DNA of 64,000 bases, taken from positions 17,026 through 81,025 of the forward strand of contig JAGBVH010000015.1 in the NCBI GenBank assembly GCA_017630405.1. The letters run 5' to 3'. Origin of the DNA: Alphaproteobacteria bacterium. Its GTDB lineage: Bacteria > Pseudomonadota > Alphaproteobacteria > Rs-D84. Shown here in pieces: positions 47,715-58,713 of this stretch. The notes beneath the pieces were generated by a model. That model was given only the letters and a program-made list of their open reading frames with translations. It searched no databases and was not told the DNA's origin. Both the position numbers and the translations under genes were made by a program. Positions within the stretch are counted from its first letter, which is position 1; each line of letters starts with the position of its first letter.

Positions 47715-49287
47715 AATGTTTATGTTTAACTGCAGCTGCTATAAACGCATTAAACATTGGGTGTCCGGTATATGGACTTGATTGAAATTCCGGATGGAAT
47801 TGTCCTGCGACAAAGAACGGATGGTCGCGCAGTTCAACAATTTCAGGTAATTTTCCATCTGGACTGCGACCAGATATTATCATACCAGCATCCGCAAATT
47901 TTTGTTCCAGCGATATATCCATTTCATATCTGTGTCTGTGTCTTTCACTGATGTTTTCTGTACCATATATTTCATGTGCGCGACTGCCGGCGGTGATTAC
48001 ACAAGGATATGCGCCCAACCGCAGTGTTCCACCCATATTTTCAGAATCATGATCTGACATAATTCCAATCACAGGTGTACACTTTTTATTGAATTCCGAA
48101 GAATCGGCATCGGCAATCCCAAGTACATTTCGTGCAAAATCAATAACAGCCACCTGCATCCCAAGGCATATTCCCATATATGGAACTTTGTTTATGCGAG
48201 CATATCCAGCGGCCGCGATTTTTCCTTCCACGCCGCGTGCGCCAAACCCACCTGGTACCAAAATACCATCGACATCAGCACAGTCTTCATTTGTAAAGTT
48301 TTCTGCGCTAATCTTTTTAAGTTTTACATGAACATTATTTTGTATTCCAGCGTGGAACAATGCTTCGTTAAGTGACTTGTATGCGTCTGGCACATCAAAG
48401 TATTTACCAACAACACCAATTGTCACACTAGGTATATCATCGCCAAGGTATTTTTCAATTCTTTCAAATCGTGACATATCGCCGCGTGCATTTGGCAGTC
48501 CAAAATGATCAGCAATAATATCAAATACATGCTGTGCTTCGTATGCCAGTGGTATTTTGTATATATTATCAACATCGATACCGCTGATTACGCTTTTGGC
48601 TGGTAAATTACAGAACATACCAATTTTGCTTCTTTCATCTGCGGTCAGCATGCGTGGCGTACGCACAATCAGCATATCGCTTTGGATACCGTTTTCGAGT
48701 AATTGGCGCACAGACATCTGGGTAGGCTTTGTTTTTAATTCGCCAGATTTTTCCAGATAAGGTGCCAATGTCAGGTGTATAAACATAACATTGCGGCGAC
48801 CGACATCGTTTGCGAATTGTCGGATAGATTCAAGGAATATTTTACCTTCGATATCTCCAACGGTACCACCTATTTCGCACACAACGAAATCGGTATCACT
48901 TGGGGCTGATATATATTCTTTAATTTTATTGGATACATGTGGAATCATCTGAACAGTTCCGCCCAGATAGTCCCCGCGGCGTTCTGCATTTAATACATCC
49001 CAATAAATTCGTCCGCCAGACACAGAATCATTTCGTGAAAGTTTTGCCCCCAGAAATCTTTCATAGTACCCAAGGTCTAAATCCGTTTCGTATCCATCAT
49101 TTGTCACATATACTTCACCATGTTGAAATGGCGACATTGTGCCAGGGTCTATATTAAGATATGGATCGAATTTTCGTGCGTGAACAGTATATCCACGGGA
49201 TTGAAGAAGGGCGCCACACCCTGCAGCTGCGACGCCCTTACCTAAACTTGAAACAACACCACCAGTTATAAATATATACTTTGCCAT
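47713..49287 (-). CDS. pyrG: CTP synthase
   Basis: MAKYIFITGGVVSSLGKG and the GATase active site GICLGMQ. Start set at 49287, which has the RBS AAGGGGG. Confidence 0.93.
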   Translation of the reverse strand: MAKYIFITGGVVSSLGKGVAAAGCGALLQSRGYTVHARKFDPYLNIDPGTMSPFQHGEVYVTNDGYETDLDLGYYERFLGAKLSRNDSVSGGRIYWDVLNAERRGDYLGGTVQMIPHVSNKIKEYISAPSDTDFVVCEIGGTVGDIEGKIFLESIRQFANDVGRRNVMFIHLTLAPYLEKSGELKTKPTQMSVRQLLENGIQSDMLIVRTPRMLTADERSKIGMFCNLPAKSVISGIDVDNIYKIPLAYEAQHVFDIIADHFGLPNARGDMSRFERIEKYLGDDIPSVTIGVVGKYFDVPDAYKSLNEALFHAGIQNNVHVKLKKISAENFTNEDCADVDGILVPGGFGARGVEGKIAAAGYARINKVPYMGICLGMQVAVIDFARNVLGIADADSSEFNKKCTPVIGIMSDHDSENMGGTLRLGAYPCVITAGSRAHEIYGTENISERHRHRYEMDISLEQKFADAGMIISGRSPDGKLPEIVELRDHPFFVAGQFHPEFQSSPYTGHPMFNAFIAAAVKHKH

Positions 49288-49327
49288 AAGTGCCCCCTTA
49301 TGGGCTTTTATCATACGAAATTTTTGG

Positions 49328-51295
49328 TTGCGGCGCAACGAAATAAATTCCTATACTTTTGTTATGATCGGATTTTTGAAAAATCAGAATAAAAACAAGT
49401 TCTTGTATACACCCTTTTTATTGGCGGCGGGTGCTGGTTTATACTTTACTTGTACTTTTGAACCGAATTTTTCATATATTTTATTTATTATGGCTATAAT
49501 AACTGGTCTGTTATTCTTCAAGAATACTTCTATTTTACTTCGTGGATTAATGATATTCTTGTTTGGTTTTTGTTATTCATCCATATTTACCCATATAATT
49601 GATACACCAAGTATCGCCCATACCCAGAATGACAAGATTATAACAGGATATGTAAAATCACTGGATTATACCAACGACAAAACGCGTATAAATATTCATA
49701 CCAATCTGGACGGTCAGGATATGAATATTCGTGTTTCTGTTATGGAAAATGTGGCTATACCAAATGTTGGCGACAAAATAGAAGCAACGGTCACATTGTT
49801 TCGGCCAAATTCCGTCACCGTACCAGAAGGTTTTGATTATTCAAGGTGGGCATATTTTAACAGATTGTCTGCAACAGGGTATATGACGGATTGCAAGGTT
49901 ATATCAAATACAGGGTTCAATTATATAAACAAAACAAGAGATATTTTACATAACAAATCAAATTCGTTTCTGGTTGATGCGCTGGTACTTGGCTATAAAA
50001 ATTCCGTTCCAAAACCAGAATCCGAAATATGGATGGCAACAGGTGTTGGACATGTCTGGTCAATCAGTGGATTTCATATGACGCTTGTTGGTGGGTGGTT
50101 ATTTGCGCTGTTTTATTTTATCTTTCGCCGTGTGCCACATATAACGCGGCGTACATCTGCCAAGATTCCTGCGATGTGTTTTGCTTGGGTGGTATTGATT
50201 ATATATTTGTTTTTATCGGGTGCAGAAACCGCAACAGTTCGTGCGTTTCTGATGACCAGTTTAATGTTCTGTGCGTTCATATTTGCCCGTAATGCAATTT
50301 CTATGCGTAATGTTGCGCTTGTATTTTGGGTGATGTTTTTAATAAATCCGCATAGTGTTATGCAGGCAGGATTTCAATTATCCTTTGCGGCGGTTTTTGG
50401 AATAGTTTGGTTGTTTACTGAATTAAATCCAAAAATGCCAAATAATAAAATACTCAAAGTTATTTATATGGCGATTTTGACATCCTTGATTGCCACAATA
50501 TTTACCGCACCGTTTGTGGCCGCGCATTTTGGTACATTACCGATTTACAGTTTACTTGGTAATTTAATTTTATTGCCGGTCTTTTCAGTCGTGATAATGC
50601 CACTGGTTATGATTGGGTGTGTATTGTCTTTGTTTGGTTTGTCGGGATTGTTAGGATTGGCTGATTTTGTTTATGAAAAACTTATGTTGGTTGCGATAAT
50701 GATATCAGAACTGCCATTTGCCAGCGTTAATATCGCGCATGTTTCAAATTTTGCGTTATTGCTGTTTGTTCTGGCAGGTATGTCTTTGATGCTGATAGTG
50801 TCCAATAAAAACAGAATAAATTATATGTGTTTTACTGTGTTTGCTGCGCTTGGTATATGTGCCATTGTGTATGCGCCGCGTCCAGTGTTTTATACAACTT
50901 CGGATCATGAATTAGCTGCGTTTCTTGGAACAGATGGTAAACTTGGTTTTACCAAATCACGCGCATCACATCATTATTTTGCGTTTGATGCTTGGAAAAC
51001 TATTAATGGCGAAGAAACCGGAACTAAAAATAATAGAATAAAGCCCACTGATGGACTGTGGTATTATAACACTGATAAGTTTAATTTAGTTTATGTTCAA
51101 AAGTTCACAGCGCTTCAGAAAAATATAAAGCAACTGTGTGCGGACGACAGTGTGGATTATATAGTATCTTATTCTGATATAGAATCAGATAAATGTGGGC
51201 ATAAAATACTGCGTGGTGGACTTGTGATATATCCATCTGGTCGAATAAAATATATACCAATTAATCGTTTTTGGAATCATAGTCGGCACGAATAA
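49328..51295 (+). CDS. comEC: ComEC/Rec2-family DNA internalisation channel protein
   Basis: Polytopic protein with the competence-domain signature ...GVGHVWSISGFHMTLVGG... The exact start is uncertain (TTG at 49328 or ATG at 49364). Confidence 0.8.
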   Translation: MRRNEINSYTFVMIGFLKNQNKNKFLYTPFLLAAGAGLYFTCTFEPNFSYILFIMAIITGLLFFKNTSILLRGLMIFLFGFCYSSIFTHIIDTPSIAHTQNDKIITGYVKSLDYTNDKTRINIHTNLDGQDMNIRVSVMENVAIPNVGDKIEATVTLFRPNSVTVPEGFDYSRWAYFNRLSATGYMTDCKVISNTGFNYINKTRDILHNKSNSFLVDALVLGYKNSVPKPESEIWMATGVGHVWSISGFHMTLVGGWLFALFYFIFRRVPHITRRTSAKIPAMCFAWVVLIIYLFLSGAETATVRAFLMTSLMFCAFIFARNAISMRNVALVFWVMFLINPHSVMQAGFQLSFAAVFGIVWLFTELNPKMPNNKILKVIYMAILTSLIATIFTAPFVAAHFGTLPIYSLLGNLILLPVFSVVIMPLVMIGCVLSLFGLSGLLGLADFVYEKLMLVAIMISELPFASVNIAHVSNFALLLFVLAGMSLMLIVSNKNRINYMCFTVFAALGICAIVYAPRPVFYTTSDHELAAFLGTDGKLGFTKSRASHHYFAFDAWKTINGEETGTKNNRIKPTDGLWYYNTDKFNLVYVQKFTALQKNIKQLCADDSVDYIVSYSDIESDKCGHKILRGGLVIYPSGRIKYIPINRFWNHSRHE

Positions 51296-52010
51296 AGTAA
51301 AGTCCCGCCGCAGGTGCTGTTGGGCCCGCCGCACTGCGATTTTTTGCTGCAAGTATTTCATCAATATCATATGGTTTGCCAAGGCCGATTTCAATCAGTG
51401 TACCAACAATATTGCGTACCATGTGATGCAAGAACGAGCGTGCAGAAAACCAAAATACAACCTCGTCACCATTTTGTGTGATTTCAATTTTATCCAGCGT
51501 TTTAACTGGGCTTTTTGCCTGACACTCTGAAGCGCGAAAACTTGTAAAGTCATGATTGCCAATCAGTTTTTGTGCCGCTTTTTTCATCGCATCTATATCC
51601 AGTTTTCTTGGCACCCAATAAACCTTGTCCTGTTGTAAAACAGGTGATGCACCACGATTAAGAACAATATATTTATAGTGACGCGCTGTGCAATCGAAAC
51701 GCGCGTGAAACTCATTGTCACATATTTCGCAATTCAACACAGATACCGGCTGATTAACCAAATAAAAGTTCAGTGCCCGCATAACAGTTTCTGCGCTGTG
51801 TGATGAATCCGGTAAATCAAAATGTGCAACCATAGATATTGCGTGTACGCCTGCATCTGTGCGTCCCGCGCCAACGACATCAGGTCGTGCGCCACAGAAT
51901 TTTTCAATCGCATCCTTTACTATCGATTGTACAGACGGCCCCTGTCGGTTTTCCTGCCAACCTATTAAGTTTGTGCCGTCATATTCAAGATTTACGCGAT
52001 ATCGTGTCAT
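51261..52010 (-). CDS. truA: tRNA pseudouridine(38-40) synthase
   Basis: 249 aa with the catalytic-Asp motif GAGRTDAGVHA. Confidence 0.9.
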   Translation of the reverse strand: MTRYRVNLEYDGTNLIGWQENRQGPSVQSIVKDAIEKFCGARPDVVGAGRTDAGVHAISMVAHFDLPDSSHSAETVMRALNFYLVNQPVSVLNCEICDNEFHARFDCTARHYKYIVLNRGASPVLQQDKVYWVPRKLDIDAMKKAAQKLIGNHDFTSFRASECQAKSPVKTLDKIEITQNGDEVVFWFSARSFLHHMVRNIVGTLIEIGLGKPYDIDEILAAKNRSAAGPTAPAAGLYFIRADYDSKND

Positions 52011-52291
52011 TTTTGATTATTGTTTTGATTTTGTTTAATTTTTTCTTGTATCAGTTTTGTTTTGTAAAAGCATCTTTTACATGATTTTTCGCGCCGCTTT
52101 TTTGCTTCTGGTATATATCGTGCTTTGTGTACTATATTACAGCTTTCACATTGTCCGCCCAGATGACAGTGAATACATTTACATTCCCAGTTCCACCGAC
52201 CGCGAAATATAAATTGTTTTGAAAACTTACAAAACACCATCTTTGGCGTTGTTTGTTCTTGGGTAAAAGATTTTTGTTTTTTATCTATCAT
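52007..52291 (-). CDS. Cys-rich mini-protein B (8 conserved Cys, K/Q/N-rich tail), unknown function
   Basis: 94-aa ORF, ATGA-coupled to truA and 3 nt after the 68-aa paralog. Pattern: C-x15-C-x-C-x2-C-x5-C-x2-C-x19-C-x2-C. Confidence 0.5.
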   Translation of the reverse strand: MIDKKQKSFTQEQTTPKMVFCKFSKQFIFRGRWNWECKCIHCHLGGQCESCNIVHKARYIPEAKKRREKSCKRCFYKTKLIQEKIKQNQNNNQK

Positions 52292-52294
52292 ATT

Positions 52295-52501
52295 TTACCT
52301 TTTCTTTATCCCGCGCAAGCATGCATTACAAACTGCTGTTTGATAGACATAGTTTTGTTGATAATTCCAAACCGCACACTCTTCTTTGACACATTCTGGT
52401 CGTTTACAGTTATAACAAGGGCACGCAAAGTTTGGTCGTGCAAATAATGGGTTAATAATAGTGTTTGTATATTTGCACTTTGTAAACATTTTATTCTCCA
52501 T
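52295..52501 (-). CDS. Cys-rich mini-protein A (8 conserved Cys), unknown function
   Basis: 68-aa ORF overlapping the fmt stop (alternative start MFTKC at about 52489). Pattern: C-x17-C-x-C-x2-C-x4-C-x4-C-x15-C-x2-C. Confidence 0.5.
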   Translation of the reverse strand: MENKMFTKCKYTNTIINPLFARPNFACPCYNCKRPECVKEECAVWNYQQNYVYQTAVCNACLRGIKKR

Positions 52502-53297
52502 AAACTATTGGTGCGCCGCGCAAACCGTTTACAAAACTTTTCCAATCCATTGGCTTTTTGCCGGCCGGCTGTACGCGCACGATTTCAAGGCCATTATCGT
52601 CAATTCTTGTTTCAAGAATTTTCACATCCACGCCATTTATTTTTGTGCGCCCTGCCCCCAGTGCACGAATTTGATTGTGTATCTGAATAGGTTCTTTGTG
52701 CCAGTCGATTATTTCGTCATTACCATCAAATTTTCGTGTAAATGTTGCGTCACCAACCTGTGGTTTTGCTGGAAAATCAGATGGATTGTTCAGATATTTA
52801 ACCAAAAGTTCCGCACCAATTTTTGAAACTGTTGCTTCGATTACATCGTTCGTGTCGTTTATATCTATATCAAATTCCTGACAAATATGAATATCGCCAG
52901 CGTCCAGTTCTGCGGTCACATCCATCAAACATACTGCTGATTTTGTGTCGCCATTATATATCGCGCTGCGAATTGGAGATGGACCGCGATACCCAGGTAA
53001 TGCACTTGGGTGAATGTTGATACATGGCGCAGAAGACAAGACATTGTCGCGCAGTATAACACCATATGACACCACCACAATCATATCAGGCTTAAAATTG
53101 TAATCTTTGATACTGGTATAAACAGGCAGGCCATTTTCATTTGCCCAAATATGTACAGGCGAAGGTGTTAAAATTTGTTTTCTGCCAACAGGCTTTGGTG
53201 CGCGTGTAAACACCGCCATAATTTCATGGCCGGCATTTTTTATCGCATCAAACATAGGAACAACGAAATCATTTGTCCCCATCAGTACTAATTTCAT
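52491..53297 (-). CDS. fmt: Methionyl-tRNA formyltransferase (short form)
   Basis: 268 aa with ...NIHPSALPGYRGPSPI... and a typical N-domain. The C-terminal domain is shortened. Confidence 0.88.
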   Translation of the reverse strand: MKLVLMGTNDFVVPMFDAIKNAGHEIMAVFTRAPKPVGRKQILTPSPVHIWANENGLPVYTSIKDYNFKPDMIVVVSYGVILRDNVLSSAPCINIHPSALPGYRGPSPIRSAIYNGDTKSAVCLMDVTAELDAGDIHICQEFDIDINDTNDVIEATVSKIGAELLVKYLNNPSDFPAKPQVGDATFTRKFDGNDEIIDWHKEPIQIHNQIRALGAGRTKINGVDVKILETRIDDNGLEIVRVQPAGKKPMDWKSFVNGLRGAPIVYGE

Positions 53298-53797
53298 TAT
53301 TTCTTTCTCCGCACTTTTCTCATCAGCATTTCGCGGCGCACAGGTGACAAATAGTCAACAAACAGTTTACCGTCTAAATGGTCGGTTTCGTGTTGAACAA
53401 TTCTTGCTGGCAGCCCAGACATTTGTGCCATTTGTTGTTTGCCTGTTTCGTCTGTCCATTCAACTACTACTTCTTCTGGACGGGTCACATTTGCGTATAC
53501 AGGCAACCCATCGGCACCCAGTACGGACAAACAACCTTCTTCCATAGTGCGTGTTGTTGCGCCAAATGAAACAATTTTTGGGTTAATCATACGATATACA
53601 ATTTCGCTGTCTGGGTCCATCATCACCAAAAAGCGTGACAAAATACCCACCTGAGGTGCGGCCAACCCCACCCCATTTTGCGAGCGCATCATATCAACCA
53701 TTTCATCCATGGTTTTTAAAATTTCCGGCGTGATTTCGGTCACTTCCGCGCATTTAGTGCGCAAAACCAAATCACCACAAAGTTTCATTTGCAACAT
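53297..53797 (-). CDS. def: Peptide deformylase
   Basis: Motifs GVGLAAPQ, EGCLS and HETDHLDG. Confidence 0.93.
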   Translation of the reverse strand: MLQMKLCGDLVLRTKCAEVTEITPEILKTMDEMVDMMRSQNGVGLAAPQVGILSRFLVMMDPDSEIVYRMINPKIVSFGATTRTMEEGCLSVLGADGLPVYANVTRPEEVVVEWTDETGKQQMAQMSGLPARIVQHETDHLDGKLFVDYLSPVRREMLMRKVRRKK

Positions 53798-53840
53798 ATG
53801 TATATCCTCTATTATAATAATAATACCAAAGGAATAGAAA

Positions 53841-54719
53841 ATGACAACTTATATTTTTGTATTATTATTCATAATCATATTTTTGCTGTTTGTCTTGTTG
53901 ATGCGCCGTCCAACGGTCGATATATCTGCCCTGCGCGAAGATAATGCCAGATTGCGCGAGCGTTTAGCCGAACGCCTTGGCGCATTGTCTCAAAATGCGA
54001 TTGAATTAAAGAATATCAGTGGCGATATAGCGAACTTTAAAAATATCCTTATGGGCAACAAACAGGCACGCGGAACATTTGGCGAACGCCAACTGGAAGA
54101 TTTGGTTCGTGATATTATGCCACCTGAAAGTTATGCTTTTCAGTCTGTACTTGAAACAGGTGTTCGTCCTGATTGTATTATTCGCCTGCCTTATCCGCCG
54201 GGGGATATGATTATCGACAGTAAGTTCCCATTGGAAAGTTATAATCGTATGATGTCTGATTCTGGTGATGGTATGGCGCGCAAACAATTTGAACTTGATG
54301 TGCGCAAACACATAGATGCCATTGGTGAAAAATATATAATTGCGGGTCTGACTGCGGAATCGGCGATGATGTTTATTGCATCTGAATCCATATTTGAAAC
54401 CTTGCATCGTGAATTTCCTGCAACAATAGAATATGCGGCGCGTAAAAAAGTATTTATTGTTTCGCCATCTACTTTGTGGGCAACATTGAATACAGTTCGC
54501 GCAGTTCTTTCGGATATAAAAATCAAACGCGTGGCTGCAAAAATTAAAAAGGAACTTGAATTATTGTTAACAGACCTTTCGCGCCTGTCTGATAGAGCGG
54601 CCAAGGTAAACCAGCACTTTGCGTTAGCGCAAACTGATATCGAGCAATTACAAACATCCGTTTCGAAAATCGCACCGCGTGCAGAAAAAATACGTGATAT
54701 GAATTTCGGTGAAGAATAA
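53841..54719 (+). CDS. rmuC: DNA recombination protein RmuC (short form)
   Basis: N-terminal TM and coiled coil, then RGTFGERQLEDLVRDIMP and PDCIIRLP...MIIDSKFPLESY. Confidence 0.82.
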   Translation: MTTYIFVLLFIIIFLLFVLLMRRPTVDISALREDNARLRERLAERLGALSQNAIELKNISGDIANFKNILMGNKQARGTFGERQLEDLVRDIMPPESYAFQSVLETGVRPDCIIRLPYPPGDMIIDSKFPLESYNRMMSDSGDGMARKQFELDVRKHIDAIGEKYIIAGLTAESAMMFIASESIFETLHREFPATIEYAARKKVFIVSPSTLWATLNTVRAVLSDIKIKRVAAKIKKELELLLTDLSRLSDRAAKVNQHFALAQTDIEQLQTSVSKIAPRAEKIRDMNFGEE

Positions 54720-54747
54720 AAAAAAACCGCCAGTTGGCGGTTTTTTT
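54718..54747. terminator. Bidirectional terminator (rmuC / infB)
   Basis: A10-CCGCC-AGTT-GGCGG-T7. Confidence 0.6.
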
Positions 54748-57151
54748 ATAACTGTGCACGAACTTCTTCTACCTCGTAGCATTCAACACGGTCACCTTCT
54801 TTTAAATCATTATACTTATCAAAAGACATACCGAATTCAACACCACCAGATACTTCTTTTACCTCATTCTTTTCGCGACGCAACTGTCCAATTTTGCCAT
54901 CATAGATAACAACATTGTTGCGCAACAGGCGAACGAAAGCATCTTTTTTGATTGTGCCTTCTGTCATACGGCAACCCGCCACGCGGATACCTTTGCCAAC
55001 TGTAAACAGTGCGATAACATCAGCATATCCGATGAAAGTTTCGCGTTTTTCTGGTGCCAATTTACCAGACAGAATTTCTTTGATTTCATCTGTAATGCGG
55101 TAAACAACGCTGTGATAACGAATGTCAACACCATTGCTGCGTGCCATATCACGAACAGCCGCATCTGCACGAACATTAAATGCGATAATAACCGCACCAG
55201 ATGCAGTCGCCAGACGAATGTCGCCTTCGGTAATCTGACCAACGCCCGAAGATAATACTTCAACACCAACCTTATCTGTTTGGATTTCTTTAACCATATC
55301 AACAATCGCTTCTACAGAACCTTGTACATCGGCACGCAGAATAATTGGCAATATAAGTTTCTTGTTGTCATCGCGTTTTGCGAACAGTTCTTCTAGTGAT
55401 GAACGCTTAACAGCATTTGCCTTGTCTTTGGCTACTTGGATACGATAGTTTGCAACTTCGCGTGTTTGCGCTTCTGTTTCCATAACGCGCAGTTCGTCAC
55501 CGGCCGCAGGAACAGAATCCAATCCTAATACAACCGCAGGCTGTCCTGGGCGTACAGACTTTACGCGCTCACCAGCCGAGTTAATTAAACCACGAACGCG
55601 ACCAAATGTTTCGCCAACAACGAATACATCGCCGATTTTCAAAGTACCCTGACGCATCAAGATGGTTGCAACTGCGCCCAAACCTTTTTCCATTTTGGCT
55701 TCTACAACATATGAAACTGCCGGCATATCAGCATCTGCTTTCAATTCCATCATTTCGGCCTGCAGAAGGATTGCTTCTTCCAGTTTGTCCAGACCAATTC
55801 TTTTTGTGGCAGAAATTTCAACACACTGAACATCGCCGCCCATTTCTTCAACCTGAACTTCTTGTTGCAACAGGTCGGTTTTTACACGCAGCGCATTTGC
55901 TTCTGGCAAATCAATTTTGTTAATAGCTACGATAAATGGCACATTTGCGGCGCGAATATGGTTAATCGCTTCGATTGTTTGTGGCATAATAGAATCATTT
56001 GCCGCAACAACCAGCACAACGATATCGGCCATCTGTGCACCGCGTGCACGCATTGCTGTAAATGTTTCGTGACCAGGTGTATCAAGGAAAGTAATCATTT
56101 CTCCTGATTTGGTCTTGACTTCATACGAAGAAACATGTTGTGTAATACCACCGGCTTCGCCAGCGGCAACATTTGCGTTGCGAAACGCATCCAGCAGCGA
56201 AGTTTTACCATGGTCAACATGTCCCACAACGGTCACAACCGGCGCGCGTGGTGTCAGGTTTTCTGGATTTGGTTCGCGTTCCAATATTTCCGCATAAGGT
56301 TTTACTTCGACGCGTTTAACAGTTGCACCAAATTCGCTTGCAATCAGTTCGGCTGTATCAGCATCAATGGATTGGTTAACAGATACCATCATACCCATTT
56401 CCATCAATTTTTTGATAACATTACCCGCCTTTTCAGCCATAGCGGCGGCCAAATCTTTAACAGTGATTGCTTCGCCCAGATTAACCACGCGTTCGACTTT
56501 TTGTGGCGCGGAAAATACTGCGCGTGCTTTTTCGCGGAAACGCTTCAGTGATGCTTCGCTGCGGCGACGGTTTGCGCCACGAATACCGATTTCGTCATCG
56601 TCATCATCGTTGCCCATAACGATATCGTTAAGGTGAATTTTACCCGACTTTTTAAAGTCTTTTTTAGAATTGAATTTCGAAGGCTTTGAATCTTCATCAG
56701 AATCCATACCGCGATTTTTGCGTCCAGACTGTGCAGGCGCATTATTTGTGAATACCTTTGGTTGATGTGCTGTTTTTTGTGGTTTAACAGGTTCTTCTTC
56801 CAAAGGTTCATTATTGGCAACATTGTTATTTTCGCGCGCTGCCAGTTGAGATTTTACTTGTTCATATTCGCGATTTTCGCGTTCGATTTCCGCGGCGCGT
56901 GCGGCGCGTGCGGCTTCTTCTTCTGCTTCGCGTTGTTTGCGTTCTTCTTCGCGTGCTTTTGCCGCCGCTAATACTGCGCGCAACTTTTCGTCTGCTGCAT
57001 TGCGTGGTGCTGCTGGCTGAACTGGTTCATCACGCAGTTCTTTGCTGCCAGGCGCAACGACACGACGACGGCGTTCAACGAACACCGCGTCGCCTTTTTT
57101 GCTGCGAACCGCATCAGTTGTCACAGATTTTCCAAGTGTCAATGTTGCCAT
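54746..57151 (-). CDS. infB: Translation initiation factor IF-2
   Basis: 801 aa with a charged N-terminal region, a G domain ([22 protein letters not shown]) and C-terminal domains. Confidence 0.95.
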   Translation of the reverse strand: MATLTLGKSVTTDAVRSKKGDAVFVERRRRVVAPGSKELRDEPVQPAAPRNAADEKLRAVLAAAKAREEERKQREAEEEAARAARAAEIERENREYEQVKSQLAARENNNVANNEPLEEEPVKPQKTAHQPKVFTNNAPAQSGRKNRGMDSDEDSKPSKFNSKKDFKKSGKIHLNDIVMGNDDDDDEIGIRGANRRRSEASLKRFREKARAVFSAPQKVERVVNLGEAITVKDLAAAMAEKAGNVIKKLMEMGMMVSVNQSIDADTAELIASEFGATVKRVEVKPYAEILEREPNPENLTPRAPVVTVVGHVDHGKTSLLDAFRNANVAAGEAGGITQHVSSYEVKTKSGEMITFLDTPGHETFTAMRARGAQMADIVVLVVAANDSIMPQTIEAINHIRAANVPFIVAINKIDLPEANALRVKTDLLQQEVQVEEMGGDVQCVEISATKRIGLDKLEEAILLQAEMMELKADADMPAVSYVVEAKMEKGLGAVATILMRQGTLKIGDVFVVGETFGRVRGLINSAGERVKSVRPGQPAVVLGLDSVPAAGDELRVMETEAQTREVANYRIQVAKDKANAVKRSSLEELFAKRDDNKKLILPIILRADVQGSVEAIVDMVKEIQTDKVGVEVLSSGVGQITEGDIRLATASGAVIIAFNVRADAAVRDMARSNGVDIRYHSVVYRITDEIKEILSGKLAPEKRETFIGYADVIALFTVGKGIRVAGCRMTEGTIKKDAFVRLLRNNVVIYDGKIGQLRREKNEVKEVSGGVEFGMSFDKYNDLKEGDRVECYEVEEVRAQL

Positions 57152-57174
57152 TATATATTCACTCCGTCACTAGT

Positions 57175-58713
57175 TTATTCATTGTCCTTTACAATGCCGT
57201 ATGCCACTTCGCGTGCTTTCATAATTACGCGACCTGCCAAACGGGCCGAGAAAGTATCTTCACCCAAGATTTCAATCAATTCATCTGTTGACAGGTCGGC
57301 CAAATCATCCAAAGATTTGATACCTGCTGCACCCAGTTTCATGATGATTGGACGTTTGATAAAGTCAAACTTTAACAAGTCATCAGACATGCCCAGTTTA
57401 TGACCTTCATCAAAGTAATCTTGTTCAATTTTGCTTAAATAATCCTTGGCGCGTTTCTGTAATTCTGCCGCCAGTTCAGGATTAAATCCTTCGATGCTTT
57501 CCAATTCTGCGATATCAACAAAAGCGATTTCTTCGATTGTACGGAAACCTTCTGTAATCAACAGATGTGCCATCATTTCATCAATATCCAGACCGCCAAT
57601 GAACAATTCTGTCTTTTCTTTGAATTCTTTTGCGCGACGTTCTTGTTCTTCGGCTTCGTTCATAACATCAATGTTCCAACCGGTCAGTTGTGAAGCAAGG
57701 CGCACATTCTGACCGCGGCGACCAATTGCCAAGGACTGCTGATCTTCTGTTACAACAACTGCCGCGCTGCGTGTATCTTCGTCAACGATAATCTTGGCTA
57801 CTTTTGCAGGCTGCATAGCATTAACGATGAATACAGCAGGGTCTTCTGAATACAAGATGACATCGATTTTTTCGCCGTGACATTCATTGATAACTGGCTG
57901 GATGCGTGTACCCTTGATACCAACTGTCATACCAACAGCATCAATTGATGGGTCGGCTGTTTCAACAGCGATTTTAGCGTGTGAACCTGGTGCGCGTGCA
58001 ACAGATTTAATTTTGATAACGCCTTCGTAGATTTCTGGAACTTCCTGAACGAACAATTTTTCCATAAACAAAGGATGTGTACGAGTCAAGAAAATCTGTG
58101 GACCTGTATTAGAACGCGCAACATCCATAATCAACGCGCGTACGCGGTCACCAACGGCCAAGCGTTCGCCTGGGATTAATTCTGTACCCTTGATATAGCC
58201 TTCGGCCTTGCCGTTGATATCAACGAAAACATTACCGAATTCGATACGCTTAACAACACCGTTAACGATATCGCCGATTTCGTCTTTGAATTCTTCATAC
58301 TGACGACCTTTTTCAGCATCACGCACACGTGCAGTCATAATCTGTTTTGCTGTCTGGAATGCCATACGGCCAAATTCTGGTTCTGGCAAAGCGTCTTCTA
58401 CTACATCGCCAACCGCAGGGTTTTTAGCGTATTTTTTTGCCTGTGCAACAGTCAACATTGTGTTTGGATCGTATTCTTCGCCCGCTGCTTCTGGGGATTC
58501 GATAACATCAAACAAACGTTTTACATAAATAGCCCCATTTTTGCGATCGATATTTGCGATAATATTAAATTCTTCGCCATATTTATGTTTAGCGATTTTT
58601 GCAATTGCTGCTTCCAAAGATTCAATAACGATTTCGCGGTCGATTTGCTTTTCCTGTGCCAGCGAATCAATCGCCAACAGCAAATCCTGACGAGGCATAG
58701 ATACAAAAGACAT
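57175..58713 (-). CDS. nusA: Transcription termination/antitermination factor NusA
   Basis: 512 aa with NTD, S1, KH1/KH2 (…AIGRRGQNVRLASQLTGW…) and C-terminal HhH repeats. Confidence 0.93.
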   Translation of the reverse strand: MSFVSMPRQDLLLAIDSLAQEKQIDREIVIESLEAAIAKIAKHKYGEEFNIIANIDRKNGAIYVKRLFDVIESPEAAGEEYDPNTMLTVAQAKKYAKNPAVGDVVEDALPEPEFGRMAFQTAKQIMTARVRDAEKGRQYEEFKDEIGDIVNGVVKRIEFGNVFVDINGKAEGYIKGTELIPGERLAVGDRVRALIMDVARSNTGPQIFLTRTHPLFMEKLFVQEVPEIYEGVIKIKSVARAPGSHAKIAVETADPSIDAVGMTVGIKGTRIQPVINECHGEKIDVILYSEDPAVFIVNAMQPAKVAKIIVDEDTRSAAVVVTEDQQSLAIGRRGQNVRLASQLTGWNIDVMNEAEEQERRAKEFKEKTELFIGGLDIDEMMAHLLITEGFRTIEEIAFVDIAELESIEGFNPELAAELQKRAKDYLSKIEQDYFDEGHKLGMSDDLLKFDFIKRPIIMKLGAAGIKSLDDLADLSTDELIEILGEDTFSARLAGRVIMKAREVAYGIVKDNE

